A stretch of 64,000 nt of DNA from Takakia lepidozioides (GCA_030704615.1 CM060734.1:28024001-28088000); one strand, 5' to 3'. Positions 39,044 to 51,200 are shown, counted from the stretch's first letter. Numbers and translations are program-made. Notes: generated by a model not told the origin, from the letters alone.

Positions 39044-42000
39044 ATGCCGAAGGGGAGGAAGCAGATGCGTCTACAGGAGAGAATTGCCATCTCGCAGCAT
39101 CAGGCCACGCAGGCAACCCAGCCACCAGTGAGAGCTCCGTGCTATCGGGATTCGCCAGCTGATCGAGCACCGAAACCCGCCTCATTTTTCTTCTGCAATT
39201 CTTAGACTGTATGCTAGGAGACTTGACTGCAGAAGATGTTTGCATGCCTAACCGGAAAGGTGGACGTGCTGAGGGATCGCAGGAATCCGAAAGAGCCGCA
39301 GGCAGAGTCCGTGGAGCTAGCTGCAGCACGCACACCCCGATCGAGCGCTCTTCCTGCCGGGCCTAGCCCTGTGCGTTTCAAAGACGCGGCTTCCAAGGCC
39401 AAGTCTTTGCAGTTCAAAAGCCCCAGAGAGCGACTCGCTTCAAAGGTCATGGAGAATCGCCAGCAGGGGTCTAGCCCTTCTCCAGCAAAGATGAAGAAGA
39501 AGCAGCCCGTCCTTCAACTTGTTTCTGAACCGGACCAGGCCGTTTCACAGGCGAATGCAGATTCAATTGCAGCAGACACCTTCACCTGCAAGAATGAGGA
39601 GCACAAGGCAATCAGGGGAGGGCGGAGCAGTCTCCCGAAACCGATTCCACGAGCTGAAGCCCAGTTCGATTCCAACCTGCTTTGCGAAGCCTGCTGCAAG
39701 CCGGGATCGAGTGGTAGGGACCGGGAGGGTGCTGCCTCTCAACGTTCTCAGCAAAACCTGACCACAGTTGAGGAAGACCTGACCACTGAAGGCCCGGAGG
39801 AGGCCTCTGCAATTGCACAATTGTCCGCAAAGATTCCCCAGAGTGCAGCTCCAGTTGGGATGCTCCAGCTGCTCAGCCCTGCCGGCAACCAGCAGAAATG
39901 TCTCCGAGAGAATTCCAAAGTGCAGCGGATACAATGTTGGAGGAGACACATAGTAGCATTGGCAGAGTTCTGGGCAGCAGGGTATTCCAGCGGACTCTTC
40001 GAATCCCACTCTGTCGCATGGTCTCCCTTCCCATCGTCAGGCAGGCACTTCCCGGAGATGTGGATAAGCTCAAGTTCGCATTTCGAGAAGGGTACCGTCT
40101 AGGTTCGCCAGCCTTCTACGTTTCCCTTGAGAATGAGGACGGCGAATCTCGTGGACCCACTGCGGAGGAATTGTCAACATGGGATACCCACTGGCACACT
40201 CGCAACGACGAATTCGAGGCAACCCTGAAGGGTGATCCCGACTTCGGCCATATGTCGGGTAAAATGTTCTTTGTGTGGGACGGGAATCACCGACTTCTCG
40301 CCTGGTGGGAGTACATCAAGCAGAACCATGCCAAGCACATTGGCTGGCATTACATGGTGGAGTGTGTCATCCTCAAGGTGAAGGCGGCAGACTCCTCCCT
40401 GCTCAAGAATGCCATGGCGGACCTCAACTCGTAAGATACTCATACCCTCCCAAGCACGTTCGAAATGCGGTGCCGCATTTCGGTTTCCAATCTGTTTTGT
40501 TTCCGTGCTTCCGTGGACTGAACTGGAGAGTGTGCCTTGCAGGGTCACTGAAAATGCGTACGTGCATACCCACATGGCACATATGCTGTACAGGGTGAGG
40601 AAAACTGGTCTCACTGATCCGCAATGTTTGCGGAAAATGCTGGAGCCCGAGCTCATTCAGAAAGCCGTGGCAAAAACTGACCGGACATGGTATCGTCTCA
40701 CTATGGATGGAATGGTGGAGGTGATATACGAAGTAAGTCGTCCTCCCATTCCCTCTGCTCATCCTTCCCAATTTCCGGTAATCTTTCCACATGAATCGAA
40801 TGTAACGCTTCTGCATGTTTTTGTTGGCAGTCAAACATCAAGCTGGATTTGGCCCATGCCAAACGCTTCTTCATGGAAAGTGAGGGGCAGGTCAAAACGT
40901 TGCAGTCATTGACTGAGCACTTGAAGGAAGCCGGGGTCAAGTCCAGAACGAAATACAAGTCAAAGCTTGTGAAGCTGGTGGCCATTGCAGATCCGGCACT
41001 TGGAAAGGACTTCATCCCCGAGATTGCAAAACACTATTCTCGGGCCATGCAGCCGACCATGCAGTTGGAGAAACTGCATCACCTCTCAACGGCATGTGTT
41101 GAAGCGAAAGAGAAGGTGATGTTTCAATTCACTGAAGTTCCTTCCTAGCAATAGCCACTCTTCTTCCTGCTCTGACATTGGATCGGAAATGGCAGACACG
41201 GTGGCTGTCGATCTGGAATGCATCGGAGAGTATAAGGACAATGTGGTCTTTTCCACTCGAAGTTTCCGACCCTGCAGTGGATGTGTGGCTCAACCGCATG
41301 ACTTGGTGGTTCCAGGTAATTCAAGGTACTTCCCCAGATTTGCTTTTCTGAAATGAATTCCCTGAACTGCTACGTGACAATGCATGTGGGAATCGCAGGT
41401 AATGACGAATGCGAAGGAGCAAGTCGTAATGCATACAAATTCGTTCGGCTTGTACGTCAAATGGGATGGAACACAGACATTGGAAGACTACGTGACACGT
41501 TTCAGATGTGCTTACAAGGACAACCTCTTCGCCAGGGAGCTACAGACAGCAAGAAGGAGCGTGGAGTTTACACATCAGGAGGGAGCGGGAAAAGCTGCAA
41601 TGCGAATTGTTTACAGGTGAAGCCCAGCTGTCCTTGTATGCAAAGCCTGGTAATGAGGTTTGTCTGGGAAATGCGGCACCGCATTCGCATTTTATGTTTT
41701 CGGTTGCACTCTGCAGTACGTTGGTCTCAACTTTTGCTCACGCATGCTGACTGCCCTGCAGGTATATGAAATACGTGCTTCTTCAGACAGGGGCCCTGGC
41801 TCAAGAGCCCCCGTTCTTCATGGCTTGGACCGTGGCGGGCCCAAGCTGTGTCTACACACCCGAGCTGCAGAAACAATGGCATGCCGCGCATCTGGTTGGA
41901 TGCCCGTGGTACCTGGACATGTCTGGCGGAATTGTTGACGAGTCTGAGAAAGATCTGCACGCGAAAGCAGAAGAGAAGAGAAAGGAAAGACGTGTCCCTG

Positions 42001-44083
42001 CTCGGCCAGAGTCGGCAAAGGAAGCTGCTGCTCTGGAACAATCCAGAAAGGCAGCTGAGATGGCACAGAAAACGGTGGATGCAGCTGTGCAGGCTCAACA
42101 GAAGGGGTCGAAGAAGCGGACTCGCCAGCAAGGAGCAGCAGTTGTGACACCCAAGAAAACGAAGAAGCAGAAACAGATAGTGCAGGTAGAGGGTGAGGAA
42201 GAGGACTCCGATGGAGACTTTGCAACCAGCCCACCCCCCGAGACGCAGCCGAAATCCCCTGTGCCCACCGTTGTCACGAGAGGGACGAGAACTGGCTCGG
42301 CAAAGAAGGCACTCTTCAACCCCCCGGGGGGGCACCCTTTCGAGCCGGTGGAAATGAAGAGGCCGAAAGTGGATCCCGATACAGTAGTCCAGTGTGTGTG
42401 AATGAGAGTTTCTTGGCGGCTTTGGATGGACGGGCAGCCAAGTTGGCATACATGAAGACCATGGAGGGTCTGAAGGGCAGAGCACTGAAGAAGGCGGCTG
42501 CCGAAGAGCCTTCCGACACCCCCGGGTTTCTGAAGATGGTCTCGTTCTTTGAGAGGGTGTGTGCAGACAAGGATTGCAGGAGGGGCGGAAATGCCACCGA
42601 TTGGTCTTGCGATATGATCATCTTGGATATTCCGACGGAGAGCCTGTGGAAGGACTGCAAGCTTTGCCATCTTGGAACAGGTACTCCGAGGACTTTTGGA
42701 AGAAAGGATTCGGGCTCGCCCGCATGGTGTTGGACGACAGAGGCTGTGTGGTTGTCCTGGCGAGCAGGGCAAAAACACGCAGACAGGAATTGCGAAGTGG
42801 ACCCGCAAGAGCGCCGTCCCAATTCTGAAAAAAAGAAGTGGACGTGCATCAACACATTGGGCCTTCGGTCGAAGGAAAGAAGGTAATTACGACCTTGGCA
42901 AACGTCCTTTCATTTTCTTAGGAGTCTTGAAAATGCGGTGCCGCATCGATTTCTAATCGTTCCCCACTGTGTATGCAGACGAAGCAGTTCGATGCATACT
43001 GCTTTGAAGGAGAACTCCACCTTTGCTTTCCGGAAGGAGGATTGTGGGTGACACCGAACTGCGACCCCATCGATTACGACGTCCTATTCAACAACGTTCC
43101 CACGGAACTTCTCCCTCATAGCCACTTCAACTGAACCCCTACGGTTATTCACGCACTCGGAGCCCTGCCTTCATTCAGACAATTATGGAGACATGCACTG
43201 ACGTGGAGGGCACAGTGCTCGACCTCATCTGTGGGACAGGTAATGCATAATCTTGTTGTATGTTTTTTCTGCAAACTCTTGTTATGCTTTCATTCGCAAC
43301 ATCTGAAGGCCATTTCATAATGTGGGGATGGCATTGTAACAGGTGCCCTCAATGTGGGCTGGGCGGGTTTTCCGACTGGCACCTCTTTGCCTACGAGGAG
43401 GACACAGCGTCTGGGGATCCCATCTGGAAGGGCTGCAACGGAATGTGAAGGCTCCCATCGAAGTCAAAGACTCCTCGGATTCGTCAGAGCGGAGGAAGAA
43501 CAGTGGACATTGATGCCGAGGAGAACCCGGAATAAGAGTGAGTGCAAACATTGTAAGTTTGCAAAGCCTTCTGGGTGATTTTTTGTCAAACGCATTTCCG
43601 GACTGTGGTTCTCATTGGTCTCTATGGTTATTGTTATATGCAGGATTGGAGGATCCGGGTCGAAACATGTAAGGCCTACACTTCCTGCCAGGAAGAGTCT
43701 CGTTCTTTGCGAGGGCCGACTTCATGACGAGCCCGGTGAAGGACTACTCCCTTCCTAGTTATGCAGCGAAACTCGCAAATACAACGATTAGACGATGTGA
43801 ATCCCAGTAAAGTAGAGCAGATTTTGGAGAGGGCTAGGGAGGACAGAAGGATAAGGAAATAGTTAGCAACAGCTGAGGCAGGTGGCGGGTGCGAAAGTTT
43901 CATATTGATTCACGGATGAGAGCGATGCAGACAGGGAGGACGACGAGCCAACGGAGGAGATGTCGGTTCCGCAAGGTGAAGATGGGATTTTTGAAAGCCT
44001 GGCCAACGACCAGTCCGCTGGAGATGAGAAAGGGAATGACGGGGTGGAGCGGAGCAGGACAGTCAAGAACAGGCCGACAGTAG
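39044..44083 (+). CDS. Multi-exon gene: low-complexity N-terminus, ParB/Srx-like domain, linker, beta-class N6A/N4C DNA methyltransferase-like domain, acidic tail (frameshifts present)
   Basis: FFVWDGNHRLLAW at ~40267-40305; CDMIILDIP ~42608-42634; RMVLDDRG; SPAFIQTIMETCTDVEGTVLDLICGT|GASMWAG..LFAYEED. Apparent GT-AG introns at ~39128-39217, 40431-40542, 40733-40830, 41116-41196, 41316-41398, 41617-41761, 42883-42978, 43240-43342, 43539-43643. Confidence 0.7.
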
Positions 44084-44235
44084 TGTGATTTTCAAGATTA
44101 ATACAATTTTAATGACTCTCTGTACATTTAATTCAATTCCAGAGTATATAAATGGAATTCTCCCCGTCCTTCATGTCCCCTCTCCATGTGCTTCTAAACG
44201 ACAACATCGTCCAAACCTGGTCCCTCCCAAAATCA

Positions 44236-45290
44236 GAAATGCGGCACCGCATTTCAATGTCTGAACGGAAATGTGGCAACAGCAAAAACCTCATTTGGAA
44301 ATGCGCACCGCATTTCCAAAACCGAAGCAGAACAAATTTCCGATTCATGTTTGGACATCAGAAACTGTTCGGACAAACGGAAATGCGGAAATGCGTGCCG
44401 CATTTCCGTTTCCGACACGGCACTTTTTTGCCGATTGGCAGCTCCTTCCATGGATGTAAATCGAAATGCGGAGGTCGAACATGGAAATCGGTGCCACATT
44501 AACCTTTTGGAGATGGACATTTTTTCCAACTGCAGACCCATCGACGTTCTTGGGCTCCCCAATTCCATGATGCTAGACGGGAATGCAACACCGCATTCCA
44601 TTGTCCAATAAGAAATTTCGATGACGTACATGGAAATGCGGCGCCGCATTTCCAAAGGGACATCGTTGTTTGCCCAATTCCAGACCCTTTGATGGAAATG
44701 CGGCACCGCATTCCATCGTCCTATAAAAACTTACATTGTCCTATAAAAACTTTCAATTGCCCAAAATGGGAAATGCGGCGCCGCATTTCCAAAACAGACA
44801 TCGTTGTTTGTCCAATTCCAGACCCGTTGGGCATTCCGTCTTGATGTGACGGAAATACGGCACCGCATTCCATTGTCCGATTCGATATTTTGATGATAGA
44901 CATGGAAATGCGGTGCCGCATTTCCAGAACGGACATCGTTGTTTGTCCAATTCCAGACCCTTCGACGGAAATGCGGCACCGCATTCCAGTGTGCTCTCCG
45001 GAAATGCTGTGCCGCATTTCATTGTCCGGTACGAAATTTCGATGACAGACATGGAAATGCGGTGCCGCATTTCAAGTATGGACATGGACAAGCATTAGCG
45101 ACTGGACATGCTTGGATAGTTCAAGGTCGAATATGGAATGCGGCGCCGCATTTCAAATTCGAAGTATGGTAATGCCATGTTAGGAAATGAAATGTTGTAC
45201 AACATTTCCGTTACGAACAACGGAGGAAAGGGAGCTGCCAGAAATCGCTTCATGGAGAAAATGGAATGCGGTGGCGAATTTCCGAGCTTC
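44236..45290. repeat. Second array of the same palindrome (~15-20 copies)
   Basis: e.g. 44632, 44769, 44904, 45053. Confidence 0.92.
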
Positions 45291-45556
45291 GGCGTGTACA
45301 TGTTTCCTACAACTCATACTTGGATTTTCTTCACCTCAGGACTGTGATATCGCTGACTCTGGTAAATTCATATGGACAGACACATTGTAGAAATGAGACC
45401 TCAAATTGTAAACAATGGGCCAATTACGGCAGTTCTTGAACACGATGAAACACAAGCACACAGAAGTGAGGTACGATGGGTTGTTTTTTGATCGAACACG
45501 GTGTCTCACATTTAGCAGCTCCAGACAAATCTAAGCCCTTCCTCCTTCTACGAGTG

Positions 45557-46138
45557 TCACCAAGTCGACGGAACTTCGATAGCCCTCAAAACTAGCTCAT
45601 TACTGATGCGGCATCTCGAGGTAAACTGCAATGCGGTCGATCTGGTGCCCTTGGTGGAGCTGACGACAATGTCATACCCATCAATCATACCACCATCATA
45701 CATCGACAAGGCCACTATGGGCCTCCTGTGCCCGTGCGATTCGTCTTCGCAACTCAGCCGAATGTCTCCATACACTGGAAAAGCGGAGTGAACTCCACGA
45801 ATATAGTTTTTCCCCGGTGCCGTCCTCCCTGGTCCACTGGCAGCAGTTCCAGCGCCAAAGTGAGGCCGTGCGTGATCTGTCCGGCATCCCATTCCACCTT
45901 GGTATATCGAGGTCAACAATTTTCAGGACCCACGGACCGCATTGACCCTCGCCCTCACCTCGCTCAAAGCGGTAATAGCCCTCCAGATACTCCATTGCGC
46001 GCGCAAAGACTCCCGCTTGATTCCAGATGCGTCTGTGAAAAGTGAAAGCCAGACAATGATGTCTCCTGATTGTGGTTTGAACATAGCATAATCGTTGCCA
46101 TGATAAGGGCAGTCAGCAGGATTTTGGCGGCACGGCAT
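45557..46138 (-). pseudogene. Unknown small protein, paralog A (frameshifted)
   Basis: MPCRQNPADCPYHGNDYAM..SGDIIVW...RWNCCQW...YGDIRL...DGGMIDGYDIVV...ELVLRAIEVP. Confidence 0.65.
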
Positions 46139-46691
46139 CCCTGAAAAAGAGTAGCGCAGTACGCTCAATGACAGCAGCTCCCGATGGAGGAGGTAGCAGC
46201 GCGATGGCTGGAAGAAATTCAAGCAAACGCTGCAATTCGTCACAAATACTCCAGGGCACATTTAAATTTCCCCCTACAGGAACCTGCAGGGATGAAGATT
46301 GGCTCATCCATGGATGTAGCCGATTCAGTTTCCTTCCCTCCATGCAAACTATGGGCAGTAAGTGCCAGGTGGGCCTATAGCCACTCGAGACGACGAAGTC
46401 CATCCCCCCCTTCGATGTAAATGCGGCGCCGAATTTCCATCCGGGGGATGGACTTCGGTGGCAGATTTCAAACTATACCCCGTGGATGAGAAAGAGGTAT
46501 CGATTCATCCACCGCTGGCTTGTTGAACATGTTACACGATGATTGGTGGTACTTGTGACCCAGATGGTCCATTATTGGAGCCCGCACTGCTCTTCCGCTT
46601 CTCATCATTTCGAAAATCTAAGGGCTTCGTTGCTGTCCGCAAGGTGATTTTCATCGGCATCAAACACGTCCTCAGGTCCTCCTTTGCAAGG

Positions 46692-47250
46692 ATGCCGTGC
46701 TTCCGGAACCGGGACGACTGCCCTTATGGAGGCATCGATTATGCAATGTATTCGGCCACATCGGAGACACGTTATCTGGTACACACAGATTACACAGAAG
46801 ATACTGGTTCGAATGTGGAAACATTGGCCGCTTTTGCGTATCTCCCGGCCAGTCGCTGCGAGCGGGGTGACGATCTTGGTCTGAGGAGGTCCGTGGCTCT
46901 CCTTCGCATCCTTGTTCCATTTTCCCAGCTACGACGGTCACCCATGCAGAAGAATGCGCACTGCTATGCTGTTGCGGTGGAACTGCTGCCAGTGGACGTG
47001 GGTGGACTCCATCGGAGAGACTTAATACTCCTGAAGGAGTGCGCTCATCTTCTCCATTGTATGGGGACATTCGCATTGGTTGGACGGCGAAAACGTGAAG
47101 CTTTCCATATTTCGATGGTGGTATGATTGAAGGGCAGGACATTGTGGTGAACATCACAGGGGCGGTACAACTGCTGCAATCCGTTTACCCTGGAGGAGCC
47201 CGAAACTCATTAGCTAGTTGTGAGAGCAGTCAGAAGTCCCATTGACAAAA
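46692..47250 (+). pseudogene. Unknown small protein, paralog B (frameshifted copy of 3728-4291)
   Basis: MPCFRNRDDCPYGGIDYAM...; close nucleotide similarity to 3728-4291. Confidence 0.65.
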
Positions 47251-47727
47251 CGTTCTTGTATTCAGAAGGCACAGGGCTAAAGATTTGTTTGCACAATCAG
47301 CACAGTAGACGTGCTTCAAATGCAATCTGTGGATCAATAAAAACCCCATTGTGCCCTCTTTTTTGTTCTATTCTGTAATCCATCGTTCCCAAATGCATCA
47401 TTCCTCATGTTTCATTTGGGATTGGGAGTGTGGGTGGATTTAAATTGCAAGTGGCTGGTAGGATGAAATGGGCCCCCATTGTACAGATCATACACCCTAA
47501 CATTCGCGAAACATTGCCTTTCAATATGTAATTCTAAAAAACATTGCCGAACCTCCTCATCCGGGAGGTCCTTCTCCCCCTATGACCGTGACACCCTAAA
47601 CCCTGATTCCCCGCGAGCACTCTTTCCGGAAAATATCCTGCTCATGTTTTTTTCTTTTTTTCGAACACTTACGGACTCTCTGCTCATGTCTTCATGGCTC
47701 ATGGCTCATGAAATAGCAGCCCCCCCT

Positions 47728-48890
47728 GACAGAGAATGGGTTGACCCCATCCGAGGAGAAGCCGAGGTGGACATGTCGTGGCCTCCAAGAGAAAATGCCA
47801 CATCTCTTCAATATGCCTCCATGCTTGTGAATCTTGTGGCCCCCGCACACCTTTCCCCGTGGGCTCCGATGCGAGGCGTGCCATCTCATGAGTCTGGCCA
47901 ATTCAGGGCTTCGGTATTGTGCCCTCAATCGCGGGATGATCGGAAAGTAATGCATTTTCTAGGATAATACGCCACGCCCCCCCCCCCAACATGTATCATC
48001 CCCTTAGCACACATAATACAACACCCTTATGCCTTTCCCTTTATGCGCCTCTCCCTCATTTGGGTGTGAATGGGTCAAAACCGAAAACGCGAACGTCGCT
48101 CCTTCCATAGCTTCACTCACTCTTTCTTCCAAAACCCAATCAGATCTTGCATGAGTACTACTCTCTAAACCCTAACTTTGTGGAATACACTTTACATAAC
48201 ATTGAGAAGATTAAGAAAGTAATCTCCATGCGATGGGGAATGACGCTTATACCTTGCGTGGTACTTTTTTCCCTTGGACATCATCCCAATATCGGTCTTT
48301 CTTGCACTTGTTGGGCACTTGGTGAGATACGAATCCTCTCCGTAGGATAGGGTTTTTATCACATGGACCTGCATGAAAAATCTTATAGCCCATCCCCACA
48401 TCAGTCCAAGACTTCGCGCGCCTCTTTCCGCGACCGGTGGCATCTTGGGTTTCAAGTGTGGAGCAAGGATATAGTCTGCAATAGTTCGCATTATGGCAGA
48501 CATCCCAACATTACTTATGCCAAATCGAATTTGGAAGATTGAGCAAAGTAAAATTGTTGAAAGTCGACTCACTTTCGTCGCCTCTTCGTACAAGGGAGTT
48601 CTCGGCCTCCCTCTCCATGTCATTTGAGGGGGCCATTTCAGGATCATCGATTGGCCGGTTTCCCTCTTCATGGGATGCATCATGCCCACATGATGCATTA
48701 AGAGATCCTCCATGGCTTGCACATCCTCCTGGTTAATTCCATGCTCATTGTTTGTTGTCACTGTCACTGTCATCATCGTTGGTACCGCTGGTTGCGGCGT
48801 CTCACCCACGGCTCGCCGCCTCTGTCCCTTGGTTTGTTTTTTGGACTGGGGTTGCCAAGAGAAAGACCGGGAAGGGCTTTTCCCCGTCCT
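47728..48890 (-). pseudogene. CACTA Tnp2/TnpD transposase, N-terminal part
   Basis: TPLYE; HACP; KCP; MHYFPIIPRLRAQY...MRWH; DSQAWRH; RHVHLGFSSDGVNPF. Confidence 0.88.
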
Positions 48891-49892
48891 GATACGAACA
48901 AATGACATAGGGGACATATTAATTTAATGTGTCATTGCAACCATACACTTCATTATAAGCGAATGCAAACAACATCCTTCAATGTGTGTGTGCATCAAAT
49001 ATGTCATTCAATAATTACATGTATGTGCGCACGTACACGCATGCAAAGTTTCAAACCCAATCATTTGCCCCCCCCAATGACGCATTCACCCTATCAACCA
49101 ATTTTTGTTTATTAATGGGAAAGAAAATCTCTCATGCCATTGCACCCAACAAACGGATGTGGCTCAACTCCATTTTTTCCTACATGTGCTTAAATATGTG
49201 TGCAAACAACCTGTACAAAAATAAATTAATTAAATTTAAAAAAAATCTCCCAAACGACGCACTCACCCTTGCACCCTTTTGAATTAAAACGAATTTAAAT
49301 GATTTAAAATAAATATTTGCATTAGAATTATATGATTGCGGTTTTTGAGGGGCGTAATGATTTTATTTTAGCTCTATTTTGATTTGGTGACATTGGCTTT
49401 GCACCACTACATCCATGAAAAAATGGGACAAAAAAAAATGGAAAAAAATAAGTGTGTTTCTAGGTCACTTTTGCATAACCTCTATGAAGAATGCATGAAG
49501 TTGAGATAATTCACTTTGGAGTGCAAATGAGAGAACAAAATCTGGTTATGGGTCCAAATGACTTTTGTTTACACTCCAATTTTTTGCAAGCACATTGCAT
49601 ATGCTATCATTAAGCATATGGCTTGAAATGGATAAAAAAAAAAAATCGTCGCAGGCGAAACACAATTTTCCGTCTCTATGACATGTAGCAGCTCTGCGTT
49701 CAACACTAGAATGACCCATTGAATCAACTTGGTTCAAGCTCAGTATTGGTCCACATGTGCATAGGTATGTTTAGATCACATATGCAAAGTTGCAACCCCC
49801 ACGAGCAACAAGAAATGTTTTTACAATCAATCGATTGAATCGGATGTATACAAAGTAGAATATCTACAATGCCCATCTACGCGATCCCTGTC

Positions 49893-50765
49893 TCAAAGGA
49901 ACCTATTTCTATCATACAACATCCCACTCACGTTGTAATCGGAGGTCATCATCCCGGAGAACTCGTATGATGCAAATAGTTCGCTGCCAGCCCTAATAGT
50001 TCTACTAGCACATGTCATCACAAACATGTGCATCCCCTCACAGTATACTGACGTATGACCACAAAAGCTCTCATGCGCATCGCTTCGCTCGTCCATACTA
50101 CATTGATTTTCCTAGGATGACCAAAATAACTATTGACCAGCCAGCAACATTGCCGAAGATGTCGGGGTCACACCATCACAAATCTGATCTCAATGGGAGA
50201 CAACCCCCGTCTACGTACATCCTGTCCGTTGACACACAAAATGTAGGGTAGGATGTATGGGGCTTCGAGGCGTAATGTACGGAACTCTCCGCGGAGGTGT
50301 AGTATGGACCGTAGTAGGGAACAAGTCCACCATGCTGTTTCTCCGAAGAGGAACCACAATATCATTGACTGTGAATAAACCCCGACCCATAGCAGGGTCC
50401 CTTAAGCGGCTCTCACAACATATACCGTCCCCCCAATACTCGAACTCCACATTTTCTCGCGGGATGGGTTGGTAGGGTCGAGATGATTCCCCCAACAACG
50501 AGGCTTACGGTCCTCAGTAACATAGTCCTATCCGCTTCCCATCGGGGGCGAGGATCCGGCTCAGGCCGCCCAAGCCGAGTGGGAGGAACCCTAGGGCGAA
50601 GCCGACCCCTCAAGGGGTTCGGAGGCACATGCACGTGGAGTGGAGGTGGAGGTGTGGTGGTGGTGGAGGTGGAGGTGGTACTGCTGGTGGAGGAGATAAA
50701 GTGGAGGTGGTTGAGGATGTAATGTTGGAGGTGCAGCCAGGGGTACAACGTCCGGATAGGCAAGA

Positions 50766-50796
<31 letters not shown>

Positions 50797-51200
50797 GGTG
50801 GAGGTGGCCTGCTCGTCGCCGCCCATAACCCTATGACCCTATGATCACCTGATACCCCTCGACCCTACGCATGTCATCTACTGCTGTGGGGGACCAACTG
50901 GTCACATCGGGCACATGCTCTGGCACAAATTCTGGCAGTAGACCCGCGCGAAATGCCTCCTATGCAATGTGATTGAGAGCTTGGGCATCAAGTCGTGGCT
51001 GCATGTGCGTAGTGAACAACGCATCAATACATATGTCGTAATTTTGATTCATGTATGCTTACCAATCATACTATATTATTAGATAAACCTAAATGTACCT
51101 TAAATGAATGTTAATGAGAGGGGTGGGAAAAACACTCACCTTTGCCGCATCCGCAATCAGGTTTGGGCCTCATGGAGGCGGATATGGAGCCCTGTCCTTT
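49893..51200 (-). pseudogene. SET-domain protein with Pro-rich N-terminal region (frameshifted)
   Basis: MGRGLFTVNDI (~50390); DPDIFGNVAG(W)VNS..HP..NV (~50105-50170, across a 1-nt shift); ASRTIRAGSELFASY (~49965-50010). Confidence 0.65.

Larger units (their letters stand above)
32323..47726. mobile_element. ~15.4 kb Mutator-like (MULE) DNA transposon with cargo genes
   Basis: Short imperfect TIRs (core CTATTTCATGAGC / GCTCATGAAATAG) and direct repeat GACAGAGA at 32315-32322 and 47728-47735. Removing it restores DGVNPFSV-QSCSHSTWPV of the CACTA transposase. Confidence 0.88.
29345..51200 (-). mobile_element. CACTA (En/Spm) DNA transposon, truncated at the far end, hosting the nested Mutator-like element
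   Basis: CACTACAGCAAAT terminus inserted in RNase H, subterminal GCGAC..GTCGC repeats, Tnp2-like gene on the minus strand. No matching GTAGTG+TSD found. Confidence 0.8.

Noticed and set aside
39898-43450. Bacterial or phage contamination, or a restriction-modification operon
   Set aside because: The gene has many spliceosomal-type introns, is nested in plant TEs with TSDs, and no nuclease partner is visible.
51009-51014. GTAGTG as the far terminus of the CACTA element
   Set aside because: No TIR similarity beyond the hexamer, no TAT target duplication and no resumption of RNase H sequence.
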